Shown here: in pieces, positions 11,859 through 25,096 of the stretch
How positions within the stretch are numbered: position 1 is the stretch's first letter
How the letters are laid out: every line of letters starts with the position of its first letter
Origin: Xylographa opegraphella
Taxonomy: Eukaryota
Reading direction: 5' to 3'
Assembly: GCA_022813865.1 (NCBI GenBank)
Contig: JALDZX010000002.1
Span: 620,001 to 684,000, forward strand
Length of the DNA: 64,000 nucleotides
Program-made: the position numbers and the translations under genes
Notes under the pieces: generated by a model
What the model was told of the DNA's origin: nothing
Seen by the model: only the letters and a program-made list of their open reading frames with translations
The model's database searches: none

Positions 11859-12762
11859 GCCTGATGGATGAGGCTTCCTGTAGAAAGATGCTTCGAAACG
11901 TATAAGTTCTGATAACAGACTGATAACAGCAAACTGATACTGAGAGTATCAATGTGTTCCTAGAGTGGTGGATAGTTGTCGAGATATACAATTTGATCTT
12001 AGGTCATGCGTGTGATGGAAGAAGCCTTGTGCAGCCTCGTTGCATGGCTGTGCGAGTTGCGCTGATCGGGATCGACATGGCGGCATGAGACAAGCGCTAG
12101 AAGCATGGAAGAAGGTGGCACTCCTTCCAAGGTCTGTGAAGTTTGTCCCTTGCAGGTCTCATCCTCCTGGCGCGCGCCGCAGAGGTAAGTCCGGAAGGAT
12201 GAGGATACGAGCAACGTTGAAGAGCCATTAGGAGTCCTAGCATCTGCTTCAAACTACTTTTTTGGAAACGGTATTTTTGCAGCTGTAGGAATTGTGCTTA
12301 TGTGAGGGATCACGTGCTCAAGTTAGCGGCCTGTATATAGTGTAGCTTCGTAGTATTTCGTAGGATGAAAACTCAGCTTGGAATACTACACAGCTTGCAA
12401 TATTGTCGACTCCACCCACACGCCTGGCTGCTGCTATGGATAAATTGCGTACTATTGATTATGATGCTTGTGGCTTCGCATCTGAATCGTTACTTCTCAT
12501 TCGACCTCTGGGATTAGGGTTAGGGTGGTGAATAGCATTGGCTATGGTGTCACCGGGTGGCCTCTGTCATTGATTCGGTTTGCCATTGACGGTGGGAGGA
12601 CGCAAAAGGTCGATAACTAAGCAATCAAACCCCTTCGCGTCTGGCTTTTATTCCATCATACAATCAATCTTTTGCACAGCGATGCTGTCGCCAATTGAGG
12701 CTTGTTTCTCAACATGGTAGCCCATATCTTTTTGAAGTACCCCTGTCCATTCCTTTTCAGCA

Positions 12763-14590
12763 ATGGGCTTCGGCCGAAGCTTCTCGAGAATTATAAACTC
12801 GCCTTCAACGCGCTTCCTCTGCAAAGCTAGACATCACAGTACGATACAATCCCAAATCCCGATGAATACCAGTTCTCTATTCCGTTACACGAGCGGGAGA
12901 TGGCTTTGGAATGAAAAAGAGCAACAAGAAGCTCGATACCGACGTTTTGATGTTCTCGGCCTCCAGCAAGCAGCCTGTCGGGCAGTGGGCGCAAACCACT
13001 GCATATCTTTCGAGAAGATTGGCGAAGGCAACTTCAACAAGGCATATCGCTTGGTAATAGAAGATGGTCGGAGAGTCATAGCCAAGATTCTTCACTCAAT
13101 AGCCGGTCCACCAGTACTCACAACTGCGTCGGAAGTGGCGACCATGGAATTTGCCAAGACTATCCTGAATATCCCAGTACCTAAAGTCCTTGCTTGGAGT
13201 GCTACGGATCAGAATCCTGTGGATGCGGAGTACGTTATCATGGAAGAAGCGAAGGGGTCTCAGCTCCATGAAGTATGGGAGGGTCTTCAACTACGAACTA
13301 AACTTGACGTCATCCGAGAAATTGTGGATGTGGAAAGGAAGTTGCTTTCTGTTTCCTTCGGCAAGTATGCGGCCCCTCATCAAGAGCCAGTGTCTGTATG
13401 TTGTATGGCTAACAAGCTTTAGCAGAATTGGATCGCTGTACTTCAATGACTGTGGCATTGTAGGAAGCATGCCTGCCAAGGCTGTGATTGATTCCAAAGA
13501 TATCAGTGAACGCATACAATCTAGGTTCTGCATCGGACCTATCGTTCGGAGAGAGTTCTGGGAGAAGGAACGCAGCAACATGAGTCAACATCATGGCCCC
13601 TGTACGTCTCTTCAACCCATGAGACTGCAATGGTAAACTCACAGCTGTTGTAGGGAAATCTTCCACAGAATACCTTGAGTCGGTCGTTAATCGCGAGATC
13701 GAGTGGATTCAAACTTATGCCGATTCGCAGAAAGCGATTGATCATCCATGGCAGTACAAGAGTGTACAGCAACATTCTCCGAAAGCTCATATAGCTTCTC
13801 TGCAGAAATTGCTGTCCGCGATCCCGCTCATTGTCCCCAAAGACTCGGATATTATTTCGCCAAGAATGTGGCATCCAGACTTTCACGCTGGCAACATCTA
13901 CGTCGATGACCAAGGCCGAATCTCAAGCATTATCGACTGGCAGGGGACTTGGACCACGCATGTATTCATCGGCGCGAATCCTCCGTTGCTCTTAGACTAT
14001 GGAATCGATATGTTGATGAAGCTCCCTGAAAATTTCAAAGATCTTGATAAGACTACAAAAGACAAGCTTAGATACCAAGTATCACATTCAATTTTAATCC
14101 ATTCCTACGAAACTTGGACTGCGGAGAGGAATGCCTTAATGTACAAGATGATGCGATATCCCCATGGCCAGACTCTCAAGCAACTTGAGGCATTTGCTGG
14201 CGGTACATGGGATAACCGTCTCTACCCTCTCCAAGAGTGCTTGCTCCGCGTTGAAATGTAGGTCTTATCCATTCCGTCCCGAATAATCACCCTTACCATC
14301 TCTCCAGCGAATGGGAACATTTTGGTTTCAGCGAGCCATGTCCCTACCACTTTTCGTCAGAGGAGATTCGAGAACATCGCGAAGAAGCTCGGTCTTTCAA
14401 CGAGAGCCAAGAGTTCTGGGCCGGACTCTCTGGAATGTTAACGGATGAGGGTTACACAAACAATGACACTTTCGCCAAGGCCGTCGAAACTGTCAAGAAC
14501 CTACGAGAGACTGGCTTAGGTAAACTTAAAGGCGAAGACAGGGATGAGTTTGACAAGCAAACAAGTTGGATCTTGAGCCTCGATGCATAG
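12763..14590 (+). CDS. APH/kinase-like phosphotransferase, Aim9-like; introns 13365-13425, 13602-13653, 14258-14307
   Basis: FRYTSGRWLWNE, IGEGNFNKAY, TASEVATMEF, IPVPKVLAW, WHPDFHAGNIYV, IIDWQ; canonical splice sites restore the frame. Confidence 0.9.
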
Positions 14591-15569
14591 TTATAACTGA
14601 TGCGCTCTGTATAGAAGTTTAATATTACTAACAAATATATACATTGAGCTTTTTTTAAAGCAACCTTTTTACGTATCTTTAATCATAGATTTCGCTATGT
14701 TATTCCATCGTAACTCATCCATTTCCTCTAAAAATACAATATGAACAAGTCTTACTTACTGCTCCCCTCCAAAGAATGAATATATTAGTCACTACATGTG
14801 AAGAATTGGCAACACTGTATCGTGCAATAACTCCCAACACAACTTCAACGTCAGGGTAGATGGAGGGAACAAAACATGCTGGTAGGACAGAGATGTTAGT
14901 AGGTCTGTCCAAATTAAATAGACACGTGTAACGTGAAGCCGCAGCACCGGGTCTCCGGCGTCAGGGCCGTGAGCGGTCCGGGCCTTGTGATATTTGTTAC
15001 GGTAGTGATGGGTTTGGCCAAGCGTCTTACTAAGGGAGGAGGCTTGTATAAATATGGTACGATCTGTCCGTCATGCTTCTCAGCTTCCGCTCAGCGGGCG
15101 TGTATAGAGCCTGGTGCGATCTCCGCCCTTAGCTACAAGATAGATTATTTCACGTATTTGTAATCGGTGCTTATTCGCGACAGAACTTGAAGATCAGCAG
15201 GATTGTGGGAGATAGCAATTACAGTAAGAGAGAGACTTAGTGAAGGAAATAAGTGAATTCTATAGGTTCTATGGAATGTGTGCTGTATACAATGCTGCAG
15301 AAGGCTTCACACATACGCCCAGCGCTGCTGAGCCACACCCAGTCGACGCGAAGCCGCCGGGAAGCTTTTGCATGTAAAAGTGGTCGTTATTGCACTCGGA
15401 TGGCGCAGCGATTGGCCTCGAGAATGGAAAGCCCACAGCAGTACTAGACCAACGATTAGAACCGCCGATATGGGACAAGCAGTGAGTCGTACAGCAGAGC
15501 CGCTCATTGAAAACAGAAAGTGAACAAGGCATACCATGCCGTCAAACAATTAGACTGGGATCAGACTGC

Positions 15570-16865
15570 TCAATTGATGCCCAACCCCGCAAGACTTTGA
15601 GCAAGACCCGCTTCCGGGAGTATTGTCTGCGCACCGGTCTGATCACCTGTGGTAGACGGGAGAACAGCTGCGATTGTAACGACATGCTCGGCAGGCATCG
15701 ACGACGATGATTCCGAGTCGGTGATAGCAAGTAACGCAGACATGGTCGTGGATGACATCGAAGCACTGCTAAGGGCTCGACTCTTACGCATCACCAGAAT
15801 ATTGAGACATCTCTGCAAGCTTATTTTCTTGGTTTTCCAGCATTGCTTCAACGGATCCAGGTATTGCCAGTTCCAGAACACGATTTGAATTCCGTCTGGC
15901 AGGTTTGCGTACCCCGGGACATGGTGATCTAGTACAGTGTGCATTAACAAGGCTAACATCATCACTTCCACGTTTGCATCGATGCCGGAAATGAACGGCG
16001 GTCGGCCGCTTGCGGGAGTGGTGAGATACAGTCCCAGCGCACAGGGACCGTAACTAAAGACATAAGGCTTCTCAAAAAATAGACCGGCATGGGAAAAGAA
16101 CCAAGTGACCATCGCGGCTTCGAAAATGGCTGCTTTGCAATCAGCGACCGTTAGCGGACTCTGACCGGTCCACGAAGCGACCAGCTGGTCAGGATCGGTG
16201 AAGCCACCAAATAGAGATGAGGTTGTGGTAGCGCCAATGTCAGACAAAACCGGGGTTGCTAGAACAGTAGTTGCAGATGGTACTAAGCCTGAGGAGGACG
16301 CACGACCACGATTCGGACCTCGAGCTCGGCCTCGGCCTCGATTCCCGCTCAACGTATCATCGATAATATACTTCAAGCTTTCGAGCACCCATCTTGTTTT
16401 TCTAACTCTTTTCGGATCAATATTCACCACCTGATGTTGAAAGGCCGTTACTTGAATACCGGACGCGAAATCCATCGCGAAGCCAGTCGTAGAGTAGGCA
16501 AGGTAGAGGTCTATGGTGGCCGAAACCCATGTATGGATATTCATCCACTGATCCTCAACCACTGGGTTGCCATTTGCCTTCGGCGCTGTAAAGTAAAGGC
16601 CGATCGTACACTGACCGTGAGTGTCGAGAAGAGGATGTTCCAACGATCTGATTGCTCCTTGTAGTGGGAACTTTGTAAGCGCCGTGAGGCAGTCCGATTT
16701 GAAGGTATCGAAGTTGTATTGACGCGCCCACAAAGGCTGCAGAGTGATTCCCACAGGGACCCTGAGATAATCAAGAGAAGGTAGTTCCACTGGAGGTGGC
16801 GGTGGTGACCCATATCTCATGTATGCAGGTTCAGCAAGGTCTGGCGCGCCATAGTACAGTGCCAT
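15570..16865 (-). CDS. Hypothetical protein with two internal repeat domains and an RG/Ser/Thr-rich linker
   Basis: About 430-codon uninterrupted ORF (first ATG 16865); repeated DC...C[TA][IL]GLY[FL]T[AT]P...G[FY]A...GIQ[VI]..F motif. An upstream exon is possible. Confidence 0.75.
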   Translation of the reverse strand: MALYYGAPDLAEPAYMRYGSPPPPPVELPSLDYLRVPVGITLQPLWARQYNFDTFKSDCLTALTKFPLQGAIRSLEHPLLDTHGQCTIGLYFTAPKANGNPVVEDQWMNIHTWVSATIDLYLAYSTTGFAMDFASGIQVTAFQHQVVNIDPKRVRKTRWVLESLKYIIDDTLSGNRGRGRARGPNRGRASSSGLVPSATTVLATPVLSDIGATTTSSLFGGFTDPDQLVASWTGQSPLTVADCKAAIFEAAMVTWFFSHAGLFFEKPYVFSYGPCALGLYLTTPASGRPPFISGIDANVEVMMLALLMHTVLDHHVPGYANLPDGIQIVFWNWQYLDPLKQCWKTKKISLQRCLNILVMRKSRALSSASMSSTTMSALLAITDSESSSSMPAEHVVTIAAVLPSTTGDQTGAQTILPEAGLAQSLAGLGIN

Positions 16866-17458
16866 TGTGCCTGACAACAGACTGTGGATCAGAGCAATTG
16901 AAGGGAAGAATGATCCTGGATGTCCAAGTGTTCAAGTATTTGCCGTCGAGGGTGTGGAGCAGAATCAATGGATAGCCACGTGTACTCGAAATTAGAATTG
17001 GTCACTCGCGCCAATTAGGATAAAGTCGCAAAAGTAGAAATTCAGCCGGCACTTTCAGTAACATACTACTCTTCAACTATCACAGACGCAGGGGTGAAAG
17101 TGCAGCATTACGAGCTTGATACAGCAGGATTCAACCCGTACCACAAAGGCCAGGTACAGGGACGCCATAGCTTACATATATCAACAGAAAATAGCATACT
17201 GAACGTGTCTATCAATTATAGGGTGTACAGCCCTGAACTTCTTACACTTTCTGCTTCAAAACATGGAATTGACCAGTTGGATGGACAGAGAGCTTCAGAG
17301 TTTCGCCTGCCACCGTGGATGCCACGATCAACAGAAACTGCGACACAGTGCCAAGCAGCATAACAGGCTTAGTCCATAAGAGGCTAGTGGTCATGAGGAT
17401 GGAGTATCGTATTTCCGAACATCACCCGATCGCCAAGGCATGAGGGTTCGCGTATTAG

Positions 17459-17482
17459 CATCCATCCAATCCATCCATCCAT
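17459..17482. repeat. Imperfect (ATCC)n microsatellite
   Basis: CATCCATCCAATCCATCCATCCAT. Confidence 0.6.
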
Positions 17483-17875
17483 CAGTTCACCACCTGTCCT
17501 GCTCCCTGTCTGAGGGAGCCTCACCATTGCACCAAGACCTAACTGCTACCATTCACCGGAAACTACCAGCCAGATCACTCTCACCCTTGCCCCTCACGGT
17601 CTTCAAAAGAGCCTAAAACGCAGTCGTGAACACTGTAATGACGCTACGTGAACTAGTAAGGCACGTCCGCCTTAACGCAGTCTGATGGACCATACGAAAA
17701 CAGGCATTTAACAATGTTGAACAATTTATATTTGTGAGAAATAAATCTATGCTGAAGTGAAGGCCCTATCTATTATCCCACTCTATGTCATTTTATCTAT
17801 GAGTTGTTACAGTATTGAATACTTATGACTGGTCTGCATTGCTGGCCACAGACAGCCTATAGACGTCACAAGCCT

Positions 17876-20086
17876 TCAGCCGGCTACCGCAGCAGACAGG
17901 AACAGCTAAATAGATCCCAAAGTCAGCGATATCTTCTTGAAATTAATTGGAAGTATTGAAACAATTGCACAATCAGAGGGCAAGGGCAAGCCTTCGTTTC
18001 GGCCACATAGGTAGGGACGGAGAGCGCAACAGATAGATCCGCACGTTACTGACCTTCTCTCTTGACATGAAACATGCCAAGACAACGCTTAACGCCGCAC
18101 CAGTGATGCCCAAAATATACGTCCGGCTGATCGCGTGAGTGACGGCTTCCAACACAGCAGTCTTCACACTTGGGTCGAGTGTTTGAAAGAAAGTCGAACC
18201 GGCACCACTGATGGCGCCTTGCACCACGCTCCTAGGCTCCTGTGGCATGACGAGCAATATGCCGTTGGTGGCCTGGTTCAGGAAAACGGAATTGGCAATA
18301 GCGAGCGCGATCGTCGCGCCTCCAATCTGTGCGAGCGAAACGAATCCGATGGCGGAAGGTATTTCATGAGGTCGGACTTTCACTTGAGCGACGGCGAAGC
18401 CCGCCTGGGCATACATGCCACCTCCGATACCGATCAAGATCGAATAGCCGTAGATTTTGGAAATCGACGTGCTCAAGTCGACGGTGTACATGAGTGCGCT
18501 GCCGATAAGAGCGAAACAGCTGCCGGCGAGGTACCAAGGCATGTAGTATCCGTATTTGGACATCAGAGCTCCGTTGAGGATAACTGCAACGACGAGCAGG
18601 CAGACAAGAGGAAGGAGACGCACGCCGGCCTCGACAGCCGAGTCGTTCCTCGCGAACTGAAAGAAGAGCGGGATGAAATAGATCGGCACGAAAAAGACGG
18701 TTACCGAGGCAGACATTTGCATGAAGAGGATGACGAGTGTTTTGTTGGTGAGGAATTGACATGGGAAGATTCTGTGTTCTTCTGTAGTCAAGATAGAGAA
18801 CACCTGTTGGAGGCCGAAAACAATGAACAGAACCCCTGATACGACGAAACATGCGATCGTTTGGCCGGCATTCCAGGGATAAATTATACCACCGAAGCTG
18901 ACTGCCATTACGCCGGAAACGCAGGCACCCACGATGAGAAGGGTTCCAAGGAAGTCGAGCTCCGAAATACGCGTTTTGTATGAAACACCAGGTCGGGGGT
19001 CAAATGAGGGAAGCATGAATAGGTATACTGGAGCACAGAGTGCGCCAATGAAGACTCCCAGGGACTTAGTATATGCACGGAGATAATGCAGGACAAGAGC
19101 TCGACTCACGATTGATGTAAAAGGCAAAGCGCCATCCAACATTGCTGATAGCAAAGGCACCTCCGACGATCTGAAAAGCACGCAGCATTAGTGCATTTTC
19201 TTTGGATGAAGGCTAGAAAGGGAAACATCTGTACTCACAGGTCCTAGCACTGTTCCGAGACCCCATGTCAGGCCAGTCAACCCAATATACATCGGCCTTT
19301 CATGTTCAGTGGTATTGACAGACAACAGAGTCATCACTCCAATATACCTGTAGGATATCAGCCTGGCTTCGCGTGACTCGCACAAGGCTGCTTTTCGGAG
19401 ACAGTTCCGCTGGAGCCACCGGGAAGTCTTACAATCCGGCTCCTCCCAGACCAGCAAGCACACGACCACCGATGAAAGCATTCATTGTCGGCGCCGCACC
19501 ACAGAGAGCAGAGCCGACTTCGAACAAGAAGACGCAAAACACATAGAGCCATTTAGCGTTGAATTGACCATATATCTTGCCCCTACAAAAGCCGATCCAT
19601 CAGTGGGAAGTCGGGACTCCAGACTGTTCATTTCACATACCATATCAAGTTGGTCGAAACAGCCGCCACAAGGAAAGCGATTGGCAGCCAGGGCAACTTC
19701 TGAATCTGTCCAAAACTTTTCACTATATTGGGCTCAACGTCGGCAACGACCGTATTGTCCAGAGCGAACAGAAATGTCGACGACACAATGGCAACGACAA
19801 CCACGACCCATCTGAATCCAGTGATTGTCCGTGCCGGTCCAGATTGACCTTTAGGCAGCGCTTTCTCGTCAGCCACATCGCCATCGGGCTCGACATTGGG
19901 CGATTTGCTCAAGTCGTCAACCGTGGAGGCATTCGAAGAATCCAAGGCAACGTCTCTCTTTTCGCTGTCCGTTGGTGGCATGTCATGACCAGCATTCCCA
20001 AGTGGATGACCGCGATCTGTCTCCGCATTCGATGCAGGATTGAAGGCCACCGCCGCCGTATCTCTGTTGGGTACTACATCTGCCAT
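17876..20086 (-). CDS. MFS drug:H+ antiporter, DHA2 (14-TM) type, 6 exons
   Basis: FLFALDNTVVAD, LFEVGSALCGAAPTMNAFIGGRVLAGLGGAG, GWRFAFYINL, YFIPLFFQF, GVRLLP, KYGYYMPWY. Five introns restore the frame (19583-19640, two more, 19055-19109, 17906-18053); last exon LFLSAAVAG*. Confidence 0.92.
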
Positions 20087-21710
20087 TTTTTACCTGAAGC
20101 GTCGAATGTTAAGGAAGCGGACTTTATTCACGAATTTATAGACTGCCTCTCGAAGGAAGGGTGGGTGTTCAAGGGTTCGAAAGCAGTTAAGAAATAAAGA
20201 AGAGAACGCAGGATCACGTAAGATGAGAGAACGACATCGACCCGAGAGGTTGCAAGGTACACATGGCTTTATACTGAAGCTGATTACAGAGCATCACAAC
20301 TGATCAGTGAGTCAATGAGGAATGTAAGCCCGCCAGCAGGACCATTTGGGTAGAGCGCTGGTTCCGATTGGACACGGCAAGGATGAGCTCGTGCTCACTG
20401 GTTCTGACTGCTTCCATCTCTTTGTCTGACGCTTCGTCCGTCCTGAGCGCTTCGTCCATTTGTAAGGCCCTCCATCTCCTTGTTCTAAGGATGCCAAGAC
20501 CGCTCCTTCGGCTTTTGCTTTGTAATTGACAAGCACTTCGCCCTTTCGGCAGTGGATTTTCGTCAAGCGAGGATCCCAGGCACCAGGATTGTAAGCCAGC
20601 CGTGCCCCGGAGCCGTGGGTATGGTCTCTTGAAGAACACCCATCGAAGCAATAATCACCTCCTCCATCGTAACATGAACCCAACTGCTCCAGTATCTGCA
20701 CAAGCCAGCTTCGCCCTTCACGCTCACCATGCCCAAAGCCCTCACCTCAACACCAGCGGCCCTCCCTCCCAGCCGACGACACCTTAGTACAAATCCTCGG
20801 CGCAAAAGTAATTACCAATCCCCCAACCCTAGCACGCCTTCCAAAATCTCCACCATCCCCCTTCTCTCACATCAGCCCTCCGCACGAATCTCCCAGCCCC
20901 GTTAGGCTGAGGAGCGTCCCTCCAATGGTGAGATCATCATCTCGCTTACGGCTTACAAACGCATCTGAGGCGCAGGCGGGCGACCGAGAGTAGGTAGTAT
21001 ATAGATCGGCCAACCGGCAGCCACACCGACGCGTTTTGCGAGAGCATGGTTGGACCTTGGGTATCTACCTAAGGTAGATAGTTCTGGCCCTGCAACGTGG
21101 CTCGTTCGGCGCGCGTGCAAGTAGTGGGGGCTCCCATTTCTGGGGCTGACGGTGACCCGATCACGTCGGCGCTGGGTATTATACCTACCTTACCTAGTGC
21201 TGATGGCCTAGAGGAGAAGTGTCATGTTGGTGGTCAGAGAGCTGAAAGGCAGCAGCACGCTTTCGGCGGACCCGCTCCGGAAAATAGGGCGAGCGATGTT
21301 GAATCAAGCTACGAATGTACTGGGAAGGGCGCGGCTACCTAGTGATTAGGCGGCACGCCTGGGTCTGGGTGTGGGACGACGCTGTGCTGACACGTGATGA
21401 CGTGTGTGTTCCGGAGCGCGAAAACACATCGAGCTTGCTCTGGTGCTGGCACTCAGGTCACCAATAATGCATCGTCAGTCATCTATAGAAGATTATTTAC
21501 TGTAAGACAGTACTACCGCATGCTAAAGCCAAATTCTGCAGCTGAGGGTATCCAACGCTCCATATCCCAAACAAAAGATTGCAGTCATCACATCATTGGC
21601 CCGGGCCCAGACGCCAATCCTTCCCAAATCCTTATGTGCTTCGCGACCCGAGAGGATATTGACACATCCCGCAAAATATCACCGTCTCCATGCGCTACCC
21701 GATCCATATT

Positions 21711-24032
21711 TCAGAGACCACTCATGCCCGGCCCCGTAAAGCTGTAAGGAAAGTCGACCAAGCCGTCGAGCATCCAGTTCAGGGGATCGAAAACCTCATA
21801 TTCGTAAGTCGATTCGCCGTTGGGTGTAACGGCGCCACCAAGGATGGTCGATGACGGTGGCAGAGTAAGCGTCGGATCCATCACCGAGCTGGCGGAGGAT
21901 TCGGCAGCCGAATCGGGATTGGTGGGGTTTTTGAGCGCGGATTCCAAGTTGCCCCGTCCTTTTGCCTGGAATTCTTCCCTCCACCGCCATACAGAATCGT
22001 ACACCAGGCTCATCGACATGCGACAGCAGACCTTGAGCTGGAGAGAGCTGTCCACGTTGCCATCCCTCGGCGTTGACAGTTTCGATCCCGCACCGCCACC
22101 CCGCCACAGTTGTGCGAGGACCTCAGCCAACCGAACGGGGAGATCACTGTTGGTGACGCTAATGTTCCGGATTGTTGATATTGTCCGAGTGAATAATACT
22201 TTCCCATACTCCAAGTCAATGAAATTGGCAAAGAAGCTGTTGAGTAGCTTCAAAAGGGTGAAGCCGGCAGCTATTATCATTTGAAGGATATAGTTCGTTG
22301 CATAGAGAATCACGTTGCCGCCAGCAGTCTCCACGTTGAAAGCACTCTCGAGGAACTCTATCGTGGCCGTCCACAAAGCCAGCAGGTTTAGCCGATAGTC
22401 TTTTGTATCAGGAGAATCGAAGAAAACAGACAAGTGTTGATGCAATCTGGCGGCTCTCAGGTAGAGAAGGTTCATCGGAGTTAAGTGAGGCTTCAGCTTG
22501 TCCTTCAGGTCTTCGAAATCCATGGTCAGAATATCTGTAAGTGCAGATTTTTGACTGGAGTCGGCCAATCCTACTGGATCCAGATGGTTACGATATAGCG
22601 CTTTAGTCACTTTATCAGAGAATATCTCGATACGTAACCGTGTATCGACCTCGTCTGGTAGCCTGAAACTCGGCTCTCTGGAGGTTGATGTCCCGAGCGT
22701 CCAGTCGTAAAAGGTTGTTGAAGGTTGCCCGTATCCCGTAGCCACACTACCATATTATCAGAGATCGATATACACGCCCCACGGGCCATTGAGCTTACCG
22801 TTGAGCGACTACATTACAAGCAGCCCAAGTTTTGACCCGATCTTTGAGTTCCTCGTCTCTGAGCTCAATCTGAAACTTGGAAAAATCTTGAGCATGGGAG
22901 GGTCGGTGTAAGCCAATTTGCATCGATATCTGCATCATCAACCCTGATAGCATGAAGGTAGGGTCTGCGGATGTCGAACTTATCGGTAATGGCCATGTAC
23001 AGAGTATGCAGAGAGCTTTGACCACATGATAGCTCTGAGGTATGTCGGCTATTGTTGCCCAAAGAAGCCTTGACAAAGGACCTGCAACACTTGAGATGAG
23101 GTTGGGAACATATGTGTAGCGGCGACTGGCTACTGCAACGATGGTCCAAAATAATAAGGGACACGCATCGTAGTAGTAATCGGGCGGCTTGTCGGCGTCA
23201 AGAAGTGGAAGATAAGGATGGTAGAGGGTAAAGAAGCTATGGCAACTGTCAGCTATAATTGGCCATGGTTCAGTCAATTGCACTAACCTCTGAAAGAGAT
23301 CTCGAATGCGCTCACCCGTCAAGAGAACATCGTCCAGACGACGAGGAGGTATGATTTGACCATTTGGGCTCCTCAAGAACGAACCACCATCCAAACCGGA
23401 CTTGAGGTCCAGGAGGGATGCTACGGCTTCTTGAGATCCCATGTACTGATCTAATGAGGATTGCAGATGCGGTATTGTGGGACTCATTGATATTTGCGCC
23501 ATACCGAAGGGTGAGGCAGTCTGTTGGACGCTAGGTGACGACTGCTGGCTTGCCAGCTGATTGCGCAGCTCAACGATTTCGCGCTCCATTTCAGCATTCT
23601 TCTTGCGCTTTCCAACCCGTCTGAAGTTTGAGTCGATTCGGCATTCGAGATTGCATCGTCGACAGCGTGAACAGATGTGGAAGGGTTCTTGAACCACATC
23701 ACAACGTAACTATCCGCATCACTGGTTAGCCTTTCGTTCCCCCTTGCGCATGTGTCATCGCCCTCGTGCCTTACCTTCTGTTGGCGACATTCATTGCAGG
23801 CACGCTTCACCCCAATTCGGCTCTCATCTCTCTCTTCCCAGTTCTCCACACTTCCAGGGGAGCCTTCTACTCCAGCGAGATCTTGAGTTCGTTTCTTACC
23901 AGTGCTTGAGCCAGGCCGGCCTTTTGTTGGGCTGCCCACATTTGGAGCCACATTTGTCGCAACAACGGCAGGGTTGTTACCATCACTGCTCTGTCTGACG
24001 TGTCCGAGACGACGTCCTTGTAAGCCATTCAT
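21711..24032 (-). CDS. leuB: Zn(II)2Cys6 transcription factor, Leu3/LeuB-like leucine-pathway regulator, 4 exons
   Basis: After removing intron 23710-23774: KRACNECRQQKLRCDVVQEPFHICSRCRRCNLECRIDSNFRRVGKRKKNAEMEREIVELR; fungal TF middle region (QIGLHRPSHAQDF); CRMSMSLVYDSVWRWREEF; acidic tail FDPLNWMLDG. Confidence 0.85.
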
Positions 24033-25096
24033 GAAGGCTCACTACTGAAGTCAAAAGAAAGCTCGGGACGTGCGAAGTCGGAAGCCGATACCGCTGGTTG
24101 AGGCTTTGCTCTGGAGCCGCTGATGCGGGGGTGCGGAGGAGTCGACCTCGGACAAATTGCTGCTCCGGGGGGCGTATCTCTCCCTAAGCTAGAAGCGGAA
24201 TAAGGGCTACTTCTCTTCTACTGAACGTCAACCTCTCCATTCTCTACACAATCAGTGGCTTCAAGTTCGACGGAGTCAGAATTGTCTACAGGCGTCAACA
24301 TGAACTCATCTCTGCAACGTGACCTTTTCAAAGGACGGCTTCATGCACCAGCGAAGAGTTCGTCACCAACCTCGAAAACGGAGTCGAGCACGACCAGAGG
24401 GGATGTACAGTTGATCGATCCTAGGGCTCAGAAATCCGGTCGAAGTGAGTGTCGGAAATGACTGGCAGTATTTCCAGCCAACCAACCAGAGTCACAGCTG
24501 TCACATTTTCATCTCGCAACACTCCAAGACCATTCCTAGATAAGTCGGCCTTGAAACGAGCCATGGCGCTTCAAAAATCACGAGAATAACAACTTCATCC
24601 AAATTATCCAAACACTGGTTCTACAGTCATTGATCAAAGTCCCATAGGATATGCCTAAGATGACATGTCCAATTTTTGAAGAATTTCAATTACGCTATTA
24701 CATGACGGAATGAGATTACTTTGAGGTTTTTGATTGAATAACCTCTTAAGTTACTTATTGATTGATTGATAAAGACACTATCTCATCGCTATTACAAATT
24801 AGTACGATTACGAAAGTTGGCCCTTGTCACTTGCACTAAGTGGCATAGGAACCGCCCACTCATGGCGTTGGCTACCTGATGAGCATCGCGCTCACGGACG
24901 AGTCCTTCCACATTAAGCTGAAGACACGACATGCGAGGTTACTCACTCCAGATCTTTCCCTTCTTTTAAAACTTCAGAGAGCTTAGACTCCTACCAATCA
25001 CTGTGGAAATGGAGAAGACACCAAGTTCCCAGGATATACAAATTTCAGATCTGGACTGCAGGCGGAACCAAGATTTGATAGATTTGCCTTCAATTT

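Noticed and set aside
12514..12525. TTAGGGTTAGGG telomere-like sequence (similar near 29006)
   Set aside because: Only two units; too short for an interstitial telomere.
14930..15130. GC-rich, structured-looking intergenic segment as a TPP riboswitch or ncRNA
   Set aside because: Has CTGAGA on the minus strand but lacks the TGATC.GG.TAAT.CC.GCG core, and no thiamine gene is adjacent.
21062..21080. TATCTACCT-A-AGGTAGATA palindrome and scattered TAGGTA/TACCTA motifs
   Set aside because: Short motif common in intergenic DNA here; no terminal-repeat pair or target-site duplication defining a MITE.
17876..24032. MFS pump plus Zn2Cys6 factor as a secondary-metabolite cluster
   Set aside because: The factor looks like the primary-metabolism regulator LeuB/Leu3, and no biosynthetic core gene is present.
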